Source of the DNA: a virus | Taxonomy: Duplodnaviria > Caudoviricetes | Strand: one strand, 5' to 3' | IMG/VR virus record: IMGVR_UViG_3300012953_000012 | Location: 96,001 to 160,000 of that record | Length of the DNA: 64,000 nucleotides | Shown here: piece after piece, positions 18,131-29,037 of the stretch | How the letters are laid out: each line of letters starts with the position of its first letter | How positions within the stretch are numbered: position 1 is the first letter of the stretch | Notes under the pieces: model-generated | The model's database searches: none | Seen by the model: the letters and a program-made list of their open reading frames with translations, nothing else | What the model was told of the DNA's origin: nothing | Program-made: the position numbers and the translations under genes

Positions 18131-19345
18131 ATGGACCGTGATGAGATCCTCCGTCAACAAGCCGAGGACCACCTACTCCAGGAGGCGCACCGAAGGAGAT
18201 TCCTCTACAACGACGTAGAGACCCTGCTCCTGACGGGGTGGCTCTCACAGGTTGTGCCGCTCGGTCCTGGGAGCGTGACGCTCCGCACATACGACACCAC
18301 GAGCCACACCCACCTGATCATGCGGTGTGAAGGTGACCCCTCCAACTGGAAGCGGCACCGAGTAGCCCATGCCGTCTACATGGTGAATGGTTTCTACGTT
18401 CACCAGGAGGATCCCAACGCGGCCCACCACGTCTACCAGGAATGGTTGCGGAACGTCCGGGTTGAGCACATCGAAGTCCTGCACACCTATGTGCTGGGTC
18501 TGACGAACCGCCTGGCGAGGGCGTGCCGCCTGACCAACGCCTACTGCCACGAGCCGTATTCCCGTGCCCTCTGGAAGCGTAAGCCCCGCCAACAGGCCGC
18601 TTCCCAGAACGTCGTCCAGGAGTTGTGGTGGGCGTGGAACGAGTCCCAGGACACCTTCGACTCGGACATTAGGCAGTGGCAACACACCCGCTCCATCGTC
18701 GGCTCTATGAGCAGCAAGGGCGCGAAATCATTGAAGAAGTCCGAGGACGGTTGGAAGAAAAGGCGAGAGGATCTCGCCGCACGCACCATCGAGGACGCGG
18801 TCAACTGGGTCATCAGCGGGGAGCGGGAGGAACAGAAGCCTCTCACCGTCACGGTGAACGGACAGACCTTTGAGGTGCCGAAGGTCCACGCCTCCCAGAC
18901 GGTTGATGAGATGCAGGAAGAACTCATGCGGGCCGTGCGTGGGGAGAAGGACTACCACGACCTCATGGTGGAACAGTACAAGACGTACCACCGAGCCAAG
19001 AACGAGGCCGCCCGACAGGAACGGCAGAGGGCGGTGGAGGAGGCTCGCCGTGCATCGGAAGAGCGTGAGATCACGGGACGCACAGCAATCGTCGGCTACA
19101 CACCTGAGCAGTTGGCCGAGATCAACCCGGACATCTTCGACCAGCCCACAGCGAGGCACCAGCAGCACTCGCCCGAGCGGGAGCGGTTCGACAAGTACCT
19201 CGACACCGATGTCGAGGTAGGGTGGATCGGCGCGTCAGGGAAACCGGAACGAGCCCAGAGTGACCCCCCTCAGTCGGAGACTGGCACCAAAGGCCAAAGC
19301 CTTCAAGACAAGATCAGCCGCCGCAAGCCCCGTCTGAAACCATAG
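18131..19345 (+). CDS. hypothetical protein (tail chaperone region)
   Basis: Long ORF directly before tape measure. Confidence 0.7.
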   Translation: MDRDEILRQQAEDHLLQEAHRRRFLYNDVETLLLTGWLSQVVPLGPGSVTLRTYDTTSHTHLIMRCEGDPSNWKRHRVAHAVYMVNGFYVHQEDPNAAHHVYQEWLRNVRVEHIEVLHTYVLGLTNRLARACRLTNAYCHEPYSRALWKRKPRQQAASQNVVQELWWAWNESQDTFDSDIRQWQHTRSIVGSMSSKGAKSLKKSEDGWKKRREDLAARTIEDAVNWVISGEREEQKPLTVTVNGQTFEVPKVHASQTVDEMQEELMRAVRGEKDYHDLMVEQYKTYHRAKNEAARQERQRAVEEARRASEEREITGRTAIVGYTPEQLAEINPDIFDQPTARHQQHSPERERFDKYLDTDVEVGWIGASGKPERAQSDPPQSETGTKGQSLQDKISRRKPRLKP

Positions 19346-19354
19346 TCAGCCTAT
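19341..19354 (+). promoter_or_regulatory. TAG-N5-CTAT upstream motif
   Basis: CATAG TCAGC CTAT. The TAG is also the upstream stop codon. Confidence 0.55.
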
Positions 19355-19379
19355 GTCACTCAGGGTGTAAGGAGTCCCC

Positions 19380-22300
19380 ATGTCACTACCGATCAAAATG
19401 GCTGCCGACCTGCTGCTGAACGTGAAGGACGTGGGCAAGGCACAGCGGGACATCGAGAACGCTGTGGGCGGCGCGGCGACACGAGGGTTGTCGAAGGCCA
19501 TCAAGACCTCGCAGAAGGAAATGAAGCGAGAGTACTCGACGGTCTACAGAGACATGCTGCAACTCGGCCACAAGGAACAAGCCCGGAACCTCAAAGAACA
19601 GTACAAGATGGCGAAGGAGCAGATCCTTGAAGAGGGCCGCATGGTCATGGCCCTCAACAAAAAGATCGCTGCGACAAAGGACAAAGCACAGAAGAAGTTG
19701 CTCAAAGATGAGCGTCGGGCGCTGGAAGCCAACATGAGGCGGCGGCAGACCGTAATGAGGGCCGACCTCCAGGAACAGGCGAACGCCCAGGCCAACCAGT
19801 TGAAGTTGCTGGAAGAGGGGATGGAAGCAGCAGCGGACGCCGCTGGGAAGAGACTCAGTGAGCACGCTGGGTCAGCCGCCGACAAGTTCGGGGACCTGGT
19901 GAACAAGGGCCTGACTCTCGACAGCCTCAACCCAGACGACCTCCTCAAGTCACTGGGGAGCGGGCTCAAAAATAACCAGGCCAACCTCATAGGCGGCGGC
20001 AAGGGTTTGATGGCCAGGGGCGCAAAGATGGGTGGTGGTATGGGCCGGGCCGTCGCCGGTCTCGGCAAGGCAGCCGCGATGCTTGGGGGGGCAGCCGCAG
20101 GCATCGCTGCCGCCACCGCTGGCATCGCTGCCCTCCTCGCGGTCGCCGCCGCAGCCTACGGCAAGACGAAGGCGTGGAACAAGGCCATCCTTCAGTCGAT
20201 CTCAGGGTTCGACGCCTTCAACACAGCCGCTGGTGATGTGGGCACCGCTCTCGACAACATGCGTACCGCTGTGAGTCGAGTCTCTCGGAGGTTCGCCACT
20301 GATGGGGAGGAGATCATCCAGATGCTGGGGGCCTTCAACCAGGCCGGGCTGACGGTCGGGGAGATGAAGGCTTTCTCAGGCGCGGGGCGGGAGGTCACGG
20401 CCTACACCCAGGTCTTGACCTTCGCCCAGCAGCAGACCAGAGCGTTCGGTATGGAGGCTGGGGAACTGGCAAGCCTGACGAACCGCATGTACGAGCAGTA
20501 CGGGTTCGGCCTCCGTGAGATGCGGGATGCCATGGAGTCGTTCGGCGGCGCAGCACAGATGGCAGGGATGAATAGCCGCTCCTTCGTGGCAGCCATCATG
20601 GAAGCCACGGCGAACATGGCCCTTTACAACTTCCGGCTCCAGGACACGAGCGAGTTGCTGGTTGGCTTGACCAAACTCCTCGGTGAGGACCTGGCGAAGT
20701 CCACCTTGAACATGGAAGGCACCTTCCGAAACATGGGCCTCCAGGGCCGCTACAAAGCCACCATGACAGGAGGGTCGGCCCTCGGGGATGTCATCGACGC
20801 AGGGGCGACCCGGCAGTTGGAGGGGGCTTTCAACGACATGACGCGAAAGCAACTCATGGTCCTGCGGGATGCGGGGATCGTCGGCAGGAGGCGGTTCGAT
20901 CCTACGACAGGCGAGGCTATGCCGATCACCATCGAGGACATCGACCTGGATAAACTCGGAGGGCTCACAGGCATCCAGTCCGGCACCATCATGAACGAAA
21001 TGTCGGCGGTGGGGGACGCCATGACTGGCTTTGAGGCGTTGACGGACCTCGCCGCAGGCATCGGAGGCAGCACCCTGGAGCGGGCGGACGCTCTGGACGA
21101 ACTCGACCGCCCTGGAGAGATTGCCGCGACGGTAGCACAGGCGATGGGTGTCCTTGACTTCAAGGACTTTGAGAGCATGGGCGCTGGCGGGCGTATGGCC
21201 CTGGAGGAAATGACGGGCCTTCAGGGAGAACAACTGCGGGTCATGGAGACCATCTTCAACCGGGTCGGCGCACAGATGGCCACCGATGATCCCAGCAAGT
21301 ACGGGCCAGACGGTCCTCGGGCTGCCGAGATTGCGGCAGCCATCGCCGGGGGTGACGGACTCCTCACCAGCGAAGAAAAGGACGCCCTGTCGAATGATCC
21401 TGCCAAGAAGGCAGCGGACATCGCCCAGCAGCAACTGAACGAACTCCAGACCATCGGGGATGTCCTGGGCACCAACATCAGTGGCCTGCTCAACTGGATC
21501 GGTGGTGGGGTCACCACGATGGTGGATGGGTTCCTCGGCTGGTGGGGCGGCGGGAGGTCCGCAGAAGACGCTGCCATCAGTCAGTCGGCGGTCCACGAGA
21601 AAGAACTCATCGACCAAGCGATGGAGATCCAAAAGTTGATCCGAGAGGTCGAGCGGGACGCGGACATGACCGAAGGGGACAAGGAGACCGCAATCGCACA
21701 ACTTGGGCGGCATCTGGAGACCATCGACAACCAGCGGGAGGCCGAGGCGGACTTCCAGTCCGATCTGGCCGCTGGGGCGACCTTCACGGAGGCCGGTGAA
21801 GAGCGGCTCATGTCGATGTTCGGAGGGGAGGAGGGGCTCAAGAACGCCCTGCAAACTGCTGCCCTCGGCGCGGTCAAAGAGAACGGCAGCCTGTTCGTCA
21901 CAAACGCCATTGACGAAGACTCTGTCATGGCACAGACAATGGGTCAGGAGTACGCCCAGGACATCGCCAGGGGCGACTTTGACCTGGACACGGCGCTGGG
22001 TGAACTTAGCGGCGGCGACTACCAGGCACTCGCGGAACTTCTCGGAGCACAACAGAATCAGAACGACGCACTGCTCAACGAAGCCGAGAGCCTGGAGACG
22101 AACTCCTACGAAGCCCTGGAGATGGCCCAAGGCCATCACAATGATCTCGTAGCGGAACTTGAGCACCTTGAGAAAGCACGACACAGGGACAGTGGGCGCA
22201 TCGAGGGTGTCCTGGAGGAGATCGACGAATCCAACGCGGAGATTGCGAAGTACCAACGGCTCACCCAGATGTCCGACGACTACTCAATGCTCAGGGAAGC

Positions 22301-22703
22301 CTTAGGATCGGACGGGAACTTCAGCGCGGCGATGGAGCGAATCAAGTCGAGCGGGACCACCACGTTGGCAGAGGGCAAACTTGACCGCTACACGCTCGCC
22401 CGCTTGCAGGCTTACCAGACTGGTGATTGGGACCACTATAACCGCATGGTCTCGTCAGACGCATACCTCACCGCACCGCAGGCGAATGACTTCCTCTACC
22501 AGGGCAACAGGTACGGCGGGACGATCACCCCCCTCAATAGCGCAGACGCATTCCTCGGCATGAAACCTGACGGGGTCCTTGACCGATTCGGCGGTGGCGG
22601 GGGTCGGCCAATCAACATGACCGTGAACATCACCGAGTCCAACGACCCTCAGAAGACACTCCAGATGGTCAAGCGAGCCATTCAAGCAGCGGAAAGGAGG
22701 TAG
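19380..22703 (+). CDS. tape measure protein
   Basis: 1107-aa Ala/Gly-rich helical protein after tube and chaperones. C-terminal NDF..G..ITPL..D motif typical of tape measures. Confidence 0.85.
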   Translation: MSLPIKMAADLLLNVKDVGKAQRDIENAVGGAATRGLSKAIKTSQKEMKREYSTVYRDMLQLGHKEQARNLKEQYKMAKEQILEEGRMVMALNKKIAATKDKAQKKLLKDERRALEANMRRRQTVMRADLQEQANAQANQLKLLEEGMEAAADAAGKRLSEHAGSAADKFGDLVNKGLTLDSLNPDDLLKSLGSGLKNNQANLIGGGKGLMARGAKMGGGMGRAVAGLGKAAAMLGGAAAGIAAATAGIAALLAVAAAAYGKTKAWNKAILQSISGFDAFNTAAGDVGTALDNMRTAVSRVSRRFATDGEEIIQMLGAFNQAGLTVGEMKAFSGAGREVTAYTQVLTFAQQQTRAFGMEAGELASLTNRMYEQYGFGLREMRDAMESFGGAAQMAGMNSRSFVAAIMEATANMALYNFRLQDTSELLVGLTKLLGEDLAKSTLNMEGTFRNMGLQGRYKATMTGGSALGDVIDAGATRQLEGAFNDMTRKQLMVLRDAGIVGRRRFDPTTGEAMPITIEDIDLDKLGGLTGIQSGTIMNEMSAVGDAMTGFEALTDLAAGIGGSTLERADALDELDRPGEIAATVAQAMGVLDFKDFESMGAGGRMALEEMTGLQGEQLRVMETIFNRVGAQMATDDPSKYGPDGPRAAEIAAAIAGGDGLLTSEEKDALSNDPAKKAADIAQQQLNELQTIGDVLGTNISGLLNWIGGGVTTMVDGFLGWWGGGRSAEDAAISQSAVHEKELIDQAMEIQKLIREVERDADMTEGDKETAIAQLGRHLETIDNQREAEADFQSDLAAGATFTEAGEERLMSMFGGEEGLKNALQTAALGAVKENGSLFVTNAIDEDSVMAQTMGQEYAQDIARGDFDLDTALGELSGGDYQALAELLGAQQNQNDALLNEAESLETNSYEALEMAQGHHNDLVAELEHLEKARHRDSGRIEGVLEEIDESNAEIAKYQRLTQMSDDYSMLREALGSDGNFSAAMERIKSSGTTTLAEGKLDRYTLARLQAYQTGDWDHYNRMVSSDAYLTAPQANDFLYQGNRYGGTITPLNSADAFLGMKPDGVLDRFGGGGGRPINMTVNITESNDPQKTLQMVKRAIQAAERR

Positions 22704-22706
22704 TAG

Positions 22707-23324
22707 ATGGCGCGTGGAACCCCACTATTCTCAGGGGCCTTCCCTGCCGGGGCAGAGGACGAGTTTTCAGGCCGTGGGGTCAGGCCGGTGGTCTTTGACA
22801 TCATCGCGCCGGATGGGGTCACGAGCATCCTGCCGGACAACCTGAAACTGGTCCTGCACACAAACCCTAAGAGCATGAAGGTCTCCTACGAGAAGGTCAT
22901 CGAACGCACGCAGACCAAGAGCGGGTTCGTCGAGCAGCATTGGGGTGACGGCACGTCGAGCATCGACTTCGACATGGCGACCGGTGGCTTCATGCGGCTG
23001 TACTCGGGCCTGGCGAACAACACGTCACCCGAGATGACGGAGGGGACCCGGCGCGAGACCCTGGCCTACGACTCGTATCTGGACATCCTCGCCCTGTTCC
23101 ACAACAACGGCTCGGTCTACGACATCAACGGCCAGGTCGCCCTGCAAGGCAAGATCCAGATCACGTTCGATGGGGGGATCTACCTCGGCTGGTTCAACGA
23201 CTTCACTGTGACGGAGTCGGTTCAGAACCCCTATCAGTTCACGATGACCACCACGTTTGAGGTCTCAAAGGAGATCCAGTCCTGGAGAACCGCCGTGACC
23301 ACCACCAACCCCTTTGCACTGTGA
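22707..23324 (+). CDS. baseplate tube initiator (gp48/gp54-like) 1
   Basis: NPKSMKVSY..QTKSG..WG and YLGWFNDFTVTE..PYQF tube-like motifs. Confidence 0.7.
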   Translation: MARGTPLFSGAFPAGAEDEFSGRGVRPVVFDIIAPDGVTSILPDNLKLVLHTNPKSMKVSYEKVIERTQTKSGFVEQHWGDGTSSIDFDMATGGFMRLYSGLANNTSPEMTEGTRRETLAYDSYLDILALFHNNGSVYDINGQVALQGKIQITFDGGIYLGWFNDFTVTESVQNPYQFTMTTTFEVSKEIQSWRTAVTTTNPFAL

Positions 23325-23329
23325 GGTGA

Positions 23330-24634
23330 GTGATGGCTGACGGACTTTTCCCTGCCCCCAACAACCAAAAGACCTCTGAAGCCAGCGCCGAGAGCGAGTA
23401 CATCGCGAGCCGCCTGGACGGCCTCCCTGTCGGCCCCTCCCTCTCCTACACGTTTGAGTCCCAAGCGAGCGTGCCTTACGACGGCACGAACCAGATGGCG
23501 CGGAGGTTGTCGCCATTCACCTTGCGGCTCGTGGTCCCAGAGGCGTTGGTCCCCCCCGACAGCGAGGTGGACGTGAACCTCATCGGCAGGGGGTCGAGCA
23601 CAGTCTCAGAAAACAACGCGCTGGCGAACGAACTCCGTCAGGCCATCGGTCAACGGCTGCTTTTCAACACTCAAGCAGGGGAAGGGCGGCTGACACAACT
23701 CAACTCCACCCTATCGGCGGGACGGGTGCTCCAGACAACCATGGGCACCGACAGCCGATCTGTGCTCGCAGACAACGTGACGGTGGCCGACATTCTGTAC
23801 CAGGTGGAGAAGTTGCTCCAGACACCGCCGCTCACCCTGTTCGTCAACCCCTCAGACCTGTCCATCTCCTACACCAGCATCCAGCAGTACAGCCAACGCA
23901 CCCGGTGGGGGAAGGTCTTTGAGCGGTGGGGTGAGGGGCAGCCCACGTTGTCCATCTCGGGATCAACGGGAGCCTGGTGTGCGGGGCAGGACCCCAGCGC
24001 AGCGATGGGGTTCCCAAGCCAGGGTGGGGAGAACCACGTCGCTACCGGTGTGCAGTTTGCCACGAAGCGCGACTCCGCAGCGTTCCAGCAGTTCATGTCG
24101 CTGTACCACTTCTACCGGAACAACGGCTACATCTACGACACCGTCGAGGGGTCTGAGGCCCACCTGTTCATCGGTGCCGTGGCCATCGACTACGACCAGA
24201 TGACCTACATCGGAAACATCGACTCATTCTCATACTCCTACGAGGAGACTGACTCACACCGAATCCAGTGGGAGATGGCCTTCACCGTAGGGCGCATGTA
24301 CGACCACGCTGAGTCTCCCTTCGTAGTGCTCCCGGAGTCGTCGCCAAGCGTGACCCCAGGATCGCTCTCCACCGACGAGTTGATGCGGGAGATGGCAGGT
24401 ACACCGAGCCGCACTGACATCTCAGATGCGGGCATCGGAGCACAACTGCTGGGAATCTCAGGCACGCAACAGTTCACAGGTGGGATCACGGGCGAGTCCA
24501 CCGACGAAGAAATCGAGGCTCAGTTGACCCAGCAGTTGGCCGAGGACAAGAAGAACGACCCGGACCCGGACAGCACCACACCTTTGGAGGCGTTGGGAGC
24601 CTTCTTCACCCCCAGCGGTATGTTTGAACCATGA
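23330..24634 (+). CDS. baseplate tube initiator-like protein 2
   Basis: Paralogous core (NPSDLSISY..QRTRWG..WG; NNGYIYD; YIGNIDSFSYSYE). Confidence 0.65.
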   Translation: MMADGLFPAPNNQKTSEASAESEYIASRLDGLPVGPSLSYTFESQASVPYDGTNQMARRLSPFTLRLVVPEALVPPDSEVDVNLIGRGSSTVSENNALANELRQAIGQRLLFNTQAGEGRLTQLNSTLSAGRVLQTTMGTDSRSVLADNVTVADILYQVEKLLQTPPLTLFVNPSDLSISYTSIQQYSQRTRWGKVFERWGEGQPTLSISGSTGAWCAGQDPSAAMGFPSQGGENHVATGVQFATKRDSAAFQQFMSLYHFYRNNGYIYDTVEGSEAHLFIGAVAIDYDQMTYIGNIDSFSYSYEETDSHRIQWEMAFTVGRMYDHAESPFVVLPESSPSVTPGSLSTDELMREMAGTPSRTDISDAGIGAQLLGISGTQQFTGGITGESTDEEIEAQLTQQLAEDKKNDPDPDSTTPLEALGAFFTPSGMFEP

Positions 24635-27600
24635 GCATCAAGAACCGACCGTACACCGGCACCTGGGAAATGGGCCGTCAGACCGTCGTGCGGTACACAC
24701 CGGACGCGAAGGTGCTGATCAACGGCCACACGGAGTTGGCTGTTTGCGCGACCTGCGGGGACAAGACCGACTTCAACAAGTACATCACGACCATCTCGTG
24801 TGACGTGAGCACTGACCCCATCAGCACCGCGAGCCTGACCCTGGCGGTCCCCCGGCACGAAGCGGAGGTCTTCTCGCACGACGGCAACTACGTCCTGCAC
24901 CCCGGCCTTGAGGTCGTGATCCTCATGCGCGGCTACTTCCCGGTCACGGGCTACGCCATGAAGGGACAGGAGGGGGCAGACACAAACGCATTCACATCGG
25001 ACCCCGACGCCGTTCCGGTCTACCCCTACTACCAGGTCTTCCGTGGGGTCACGACCGAAGTGACTCACGAGTACAGCGGGGGTTTCTACACGGCGTCGAT
25101 CACCTGCTCCAGCATCCTCCACTTCTGGCAGTACCTCTACGTCGCTACCAACGGCAGCGTGTTCGGGACCGCTCCCGATGGGGACAAGGCCGGGATCGAC
25201 TTGCGGGGTCACACGTTCACGGGGATGTCCCCCTACGGGATCATCTACACCTTGATGCGGATCGGGTTCGGTGCGGCCTTCGGGCAGAACTGGACCATCT
25301 CTCAGGCAACCAACCTCGCTGCTGTGGACGAGACCTCAGGCAAGAGCCTCTACAAGCACGCCGCGTTGTGGTGGGAAAAGCGGTGGGCTGAGTCCTCGAT
25401 GCGGCTTCGCATGTACGGCATGGATGGAAGCCTGTTCAACGCCATGGAGCAGTCCTACCTGGGGATGTTCGACAAGCAAGGCACGACGGTCGGCGACTTC
25501 ATTCAGGGGTTCAACGTGGAGACCCCCGAGGGCTACAACCCCAACGCCACGGCTTCGCGTGAGGCTGCGGCACGGGCGGTGGGATACCGAGGCACTGAAA
25601 CCACCGCTGCGGCTCTGGATGATGGCGGCAGCGCGTTGGACGCCATGAAGATGCAGGCGTACACGCTCGATCTGGGTCGGCTGGGGTCGGTCAACTTCTT
25701 CGACTCGGAGTACATGTCGAAGTTGGAGATTGCCAACGCCGTCAAGCAGATCTGCGGCTACGAGTTTTACCAGGATGTCGATGGGGACGTTGTTTTCAAG
25801 CCCCCTTTCTACAACCTGGACACCAGTACCGATGAGGTCTACTGCATCCGGGATCGGGACCTGATCTCGTGCTCGGAGAGCGAACGCGAACCCGAGGCCA
25901 CCTATGTCAAAGGCTCCGGGTCACTGTTCCAGAACTTTCAAGGCATCCTGTCCGGTGAGTTCGGCACCCGCGAAGGCAAGTTTGCAGACTGGCGGTTGAT
26001 CGCTCAGTACGGGTGGCGCGAGACCTCGTTTGAAAGCCACTACTACTCAGGCAGCAAGCAGATGTTCATCGGGGCGATCATTCGCCTCGACACCGCGAAC
26101 GCGGAGATGCGGTCGGCTCAGATCACGATCCCCATGCGCCCGGAGTTGCGCCCTGGCTACCCGGTGTGGATCGAACACCTGGACTGCTTCTTCTACATCA
26201 AGTCCCTTAGCCACTCATTCGCACCCGGCGCGTCGGCGCAGACGACCATCACGGGTGTGGCGAAGCGGGCGAAGTGGCTCCCTCCCGGCTTCCCGGATCG
26301 CAGCGAGGGGTCAGGTAGTCAAGCACTCCCATCGCTGGAGGACATGCGCCTGGACGCGCCTGGTGAGTACCCGCCGATGCCCTTGTATGTCTTCCCGGAA
26401 GACATCGAGGGGTACGAGGGAGGTGCGTCAGGCCCTCCTCGGGTCATGGGGTTGCCCAACGTCGTGATGGCGTTGGACACAGAAAAGATCAACCCGGCCT
26501 TGATGCCTGGCGGGGTGTACTTCACGAACGGCCAGACCTACTTCGACACGGCTCTGACCCTGGGTGTACTGCGACGTGACCCCGACTCTGAGGGGACCTC
26601 TCCGCAGTACCGACTGGCTCTGGACAACGACCCAGCCCACGACAAGATCGTCTCTGAGGCTGAAGTGGTCTCGGCATTCGACCAGTATGCCGAAGCAATC
26701 CAGACCCTCAACGTCAGTGAGCAACTGGACAGGATGGAGGCGTTGAAGACCTCCTCCGAGTTCGGTGCGTTGGTTGTGGCAGTCGAATCAAGGCTACAGA
26801 ACGCCATCCCCGACCGTATGCACCTGAACAACTGGCTGGGCCTCCAGCGCAACATGAAGAACGTCTTCGGTGCGGGCAAGGCAAAGGGCGAGTACCGCTA
26901 CTTCTCATCCTCGGCCCCCAGGGAGGAGGACCAGTCTCCCTCGACCGTGACGGTCAACGGTGAGACGGGTGAGGTCGTCAAGGAGTACCCAGGTGGCCCT
27001 GTGGACGCCAACTTCACTGGGCTGACAACCCTCTACCAGAAGGGCGACCGCATTGGCGTGAAGGCAGGGATGCCCACGCGGGGTTTCCGAGTCTACGGCT
27101 TCAACCCTCCTGGAGAGGACGAAGAAGACTCCACGGCTCTCGGGCACGTTGATGTCACTTCCCGCGAGATCAGGTTCATCACCTTCCAGAAGATCACCAT
27201 TCGGGTGCCGGTGACCAAACAGAGCATGGGGGCGAACGGGCGGTTGGCCTTGACGCTGGCTCAGGAGGCGATGGAGGTGCTGTTCCAGGAGATCCTTGTG
27301 GGTGACGCCGTCAAGGAACCACTCACCGAATCAGTCTCCAACCGGTTTGGTGCAGACACAAGCCAGAGCGAGGTGGGGTACGGGCTGATCTGGAACGCCA
27401 TCAACGACCTGGCCTCCTCCCTCGGAGTGACGAGTGCCATCATTGACGGTGTGAACCTCTGGGGGGCGACGAACGGTCCTGCCCTGGGATCACCCCTCGA
27501 CCCTCCCGGCGATCTGTCAGATTTCTCCAACTCCTTCCTGCCCTTCACCCGGTCGGTCCAGACGGCACCGGAAGGCGAGGCAAGGCAGGTTTACTACATC

Positions 27601-29037
27601 TACCCCAATATCTACGCCATGGGGTCCAACGTCGTCACCCACCCCAACGCCGGACGCGAAGCCGAACCTGCGTACTTCTCGGGTGCCCAGGCTTACGACG
27701 TCCGAAATGTGCCCCTGGTCAGAAGGACTCGCACCGTCAGGACAGACCCCACCTACGGGCGGACGAACATCGAGAAGAACCTGGACGGCCCCGTGGGGGC
27801 GTTGGACGGTGAGACCGGTCTGACCAACATGGCAGATGTCCAGGGAGTCACGGCACTTGCCCAGAGGGTCGCGGCGACCATGGCGGCCCACTTCAACGCT
27901 GTGCAGTTGTACTGGACTCAGCAAGAACCTACTGACGACGAAGGTGAGCCGATCACCGATCCGACTGCCGACGAGCGGGCAGCCTTCAGCACCTTCATCG
28001 AGGCTGTCACCGAGAACCACGACTTTGAGGTGAACAACACCAACGGATCCACCACGGTCCTAACCAACCAGTACAATGAGACCGGGGACTACAACACAGT
28101 CCTGCCGGTGTCGGACAACCGAGGCTACGAGGTCTACGGAACGCTGGCCTATGGGCGTGGCATGAACATCGAGTCCTACAAGAAACTGCTGGAGGTAGGG
28201 GGGTCCCCAACCGACACCGCCTCCATGCTTGCCGTGGAGAGATTCTTCGCAACGGTCATCGCCACTCAGGACAACAGCCTCCCCAACGCCCTGGAGGCCA
28301 TGACCCCCGAAGCACGGGCCGAGTTGGCGGCTGCGTTGGAGTTGGACGACGACGGAGAACTCGGGGATGCTTTGCAAGCCCTGGCGGAAGACTCCGACTC
28401 AGCCTCCATCTTCGTGAGGAACACGCCGGTCACTACCGCAAGCAGGGGACAGTCCACCACCTTCGCCATCAGCGCAGATGAGTTGGCTGCCCTCACCACG
28501 AGCGACACGACCATCTGTTTGTGCAAGGGGACCGAGAACTCCCATTGGATTCAGGCGTTCACAGGTGAGTTTGTGGAGTTGCGTGGGGACGAGGCCGTCA
28601 ACGAGTTCCTGATCGGAGACGCCGAAGCAGCAGCGGAGGACTACACCGTCACGAAGCAGGCGCTGGCCGGTGAGATGATGGACCTCTCCACTGGGAACAA
28701 GTTGGCTGAGACCATCCAGGGTGCGAAGAACGCGGTCAACAGCCTCGGCAACACACTCACTTCGGCAGGGCAGGAGATTGAGCGTCAGTGGACCGAAGCC
28801 ATTGACGACATCCGACGTGATGCTGAGTCCGTGGGTGATCTCATTGACCAGGCACGGGACGCGGAATCCCTGGCCGACTTCAACGAGAGTGCAGCGCCTC
28901 GGTCGGAGTCTCAGGGAACACGAGAGGACGAGCAAGCGAGAGAGGAAGCCGCTGAGGATGACCTGACCCAGTCTACGTCGTCCTACCCCCCTCTCCCTTT
29001 CTGGGACGTAGCAGATAGCGAGGAGGACGACACATGA
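24631..29037 (+). CDS. baseplate hub protein (gp27/VgrG-like) with large insertion
   Basis: SKLEIANAVKQICGYEFYQDVDGDVVFKPPFYN and ITIPMRPELRPGYPV hub motifs. Confidence 0.75.
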   Translation: MSIKNRPYTGTWEMGRQTVVRYTPDAKVLINGHTELAVCATCGDKTDFNKYITTISCDVSTDPISTASLTLAVPRHEAEVFSHDGNYVLHPGLEVVILMRGYFPVTGYAMKGQEGADTNAFTSDPDAVPVYPYYQVFRGVTTEVTHEYSGGFYTASITCSSILHFWQYLYVATNGSVFGTAPDGDKAGIDLRGHTFTGMSPYGIIYTLMRIGFGAAFGQNWTISQATNLAAVDETSGKSLYKHAALWWEKRWAESSMRLRMYGMDGSLFNAMEQSYLGMFDKQGTTVGDFIQGFNVETPEGYNPNATASREAAARAVGYRGTETTAAALDDGGSALDAMKMQAYTLDLGRLGSVNFFDSEYMSKLEIANAVKQICGYEFYQDVDGDVVFKPPFYNLDTSTDEVYCIRDRDLISCSESEREPEATYVKGSGSLFQNFQGILSGEFGTREGKFADWRLIAQYGWRETSFESHYYSGSKQMFIGAIIRLDTANAEMRSAQITIPMRPELRPGYPVWIEHLDCFFYIKSLSHSFAPGASAQTTITGVAKRAKWLPPGFPDRSEGSGSQALPSLEDMRLDAPGEYPPMPLYVFPEDIEGYEGGASGPPRVMGLPNVVMALDTEKINPALMPGGVYFTNGQTYFDTALTLGVLRRDPDSEGTSPQYRLALDNDPAHDKIVSEAEVVSAFDQYAEAIQTLNVSEQLDRMEALKTSSEFGALVVAVESRLQNAIPDRMHLNNWLGLQRNMKNVFGAGKAKGEYRYFSSSAPREEDQSPSTVTVNGETGEVVKEYPGGPVDANFTGLTTLYQKGDRIGVKAGMPTRGFRVYGFNPPGEDEEDSTALGHVDVTSREIRFITFQKITIRVPVTKQSMGANGRLALTLAQEAMEVLFQEILVGDAVKEPLTESVSNRFGADTSQSEVGYGLIWNAINDLASSLGVTSAIIDGVNLWGATNGPALGSPLDPPGDLSDFSNSFLPFTRSVQTAPEGEARQVYYIYPNIYAMGSNVVTHPNAGREAEPAYFSGAQAYDVRNVPLVRRTRTVRTDPTYGRTNIEKNLDGPVGALDGETGLTNMADVQGVTALAQRVAATMAAHFNAVQLYWTQQEPTDDEGEPITDPTADERAAFSTFIEAVTENHDFEVNNTNGSTTVLTNQYNETGDYNTVLPVSDNRGYEVYGTLAYGRGMNIESYKKLLEVGGSPTDTASMLAVERFFATVIATQDNSLPNALEAMTPEARAELAAALELDDDGELGDALQALAEDSDSASIFVRNTPVTTASRGQSTTFAISADELAALTTSDTTICLCKGTENSHWIQAFTGEFVELRGDEAVNEFLIGDAEAAAEDYTVTKQALAGEMMDLSTGNKLAETIQGAKNAVNSLGNTLTSAGQEIERQWTEAIDDIRRDAESVGDLIDQARDAESLADFNESAAPRSESQGTREDEQAREEAAEDDLTQSTSSYPPLPFWDVADSEEDDT

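Noticed and set aside
18040-18131. Programmed frameshift joining the two tail-chaperone-region ORFs
   Set aside because: No clear X XXY YYZ slippery heptamer near the end of 16943..18121. It cannot be supported by eye.
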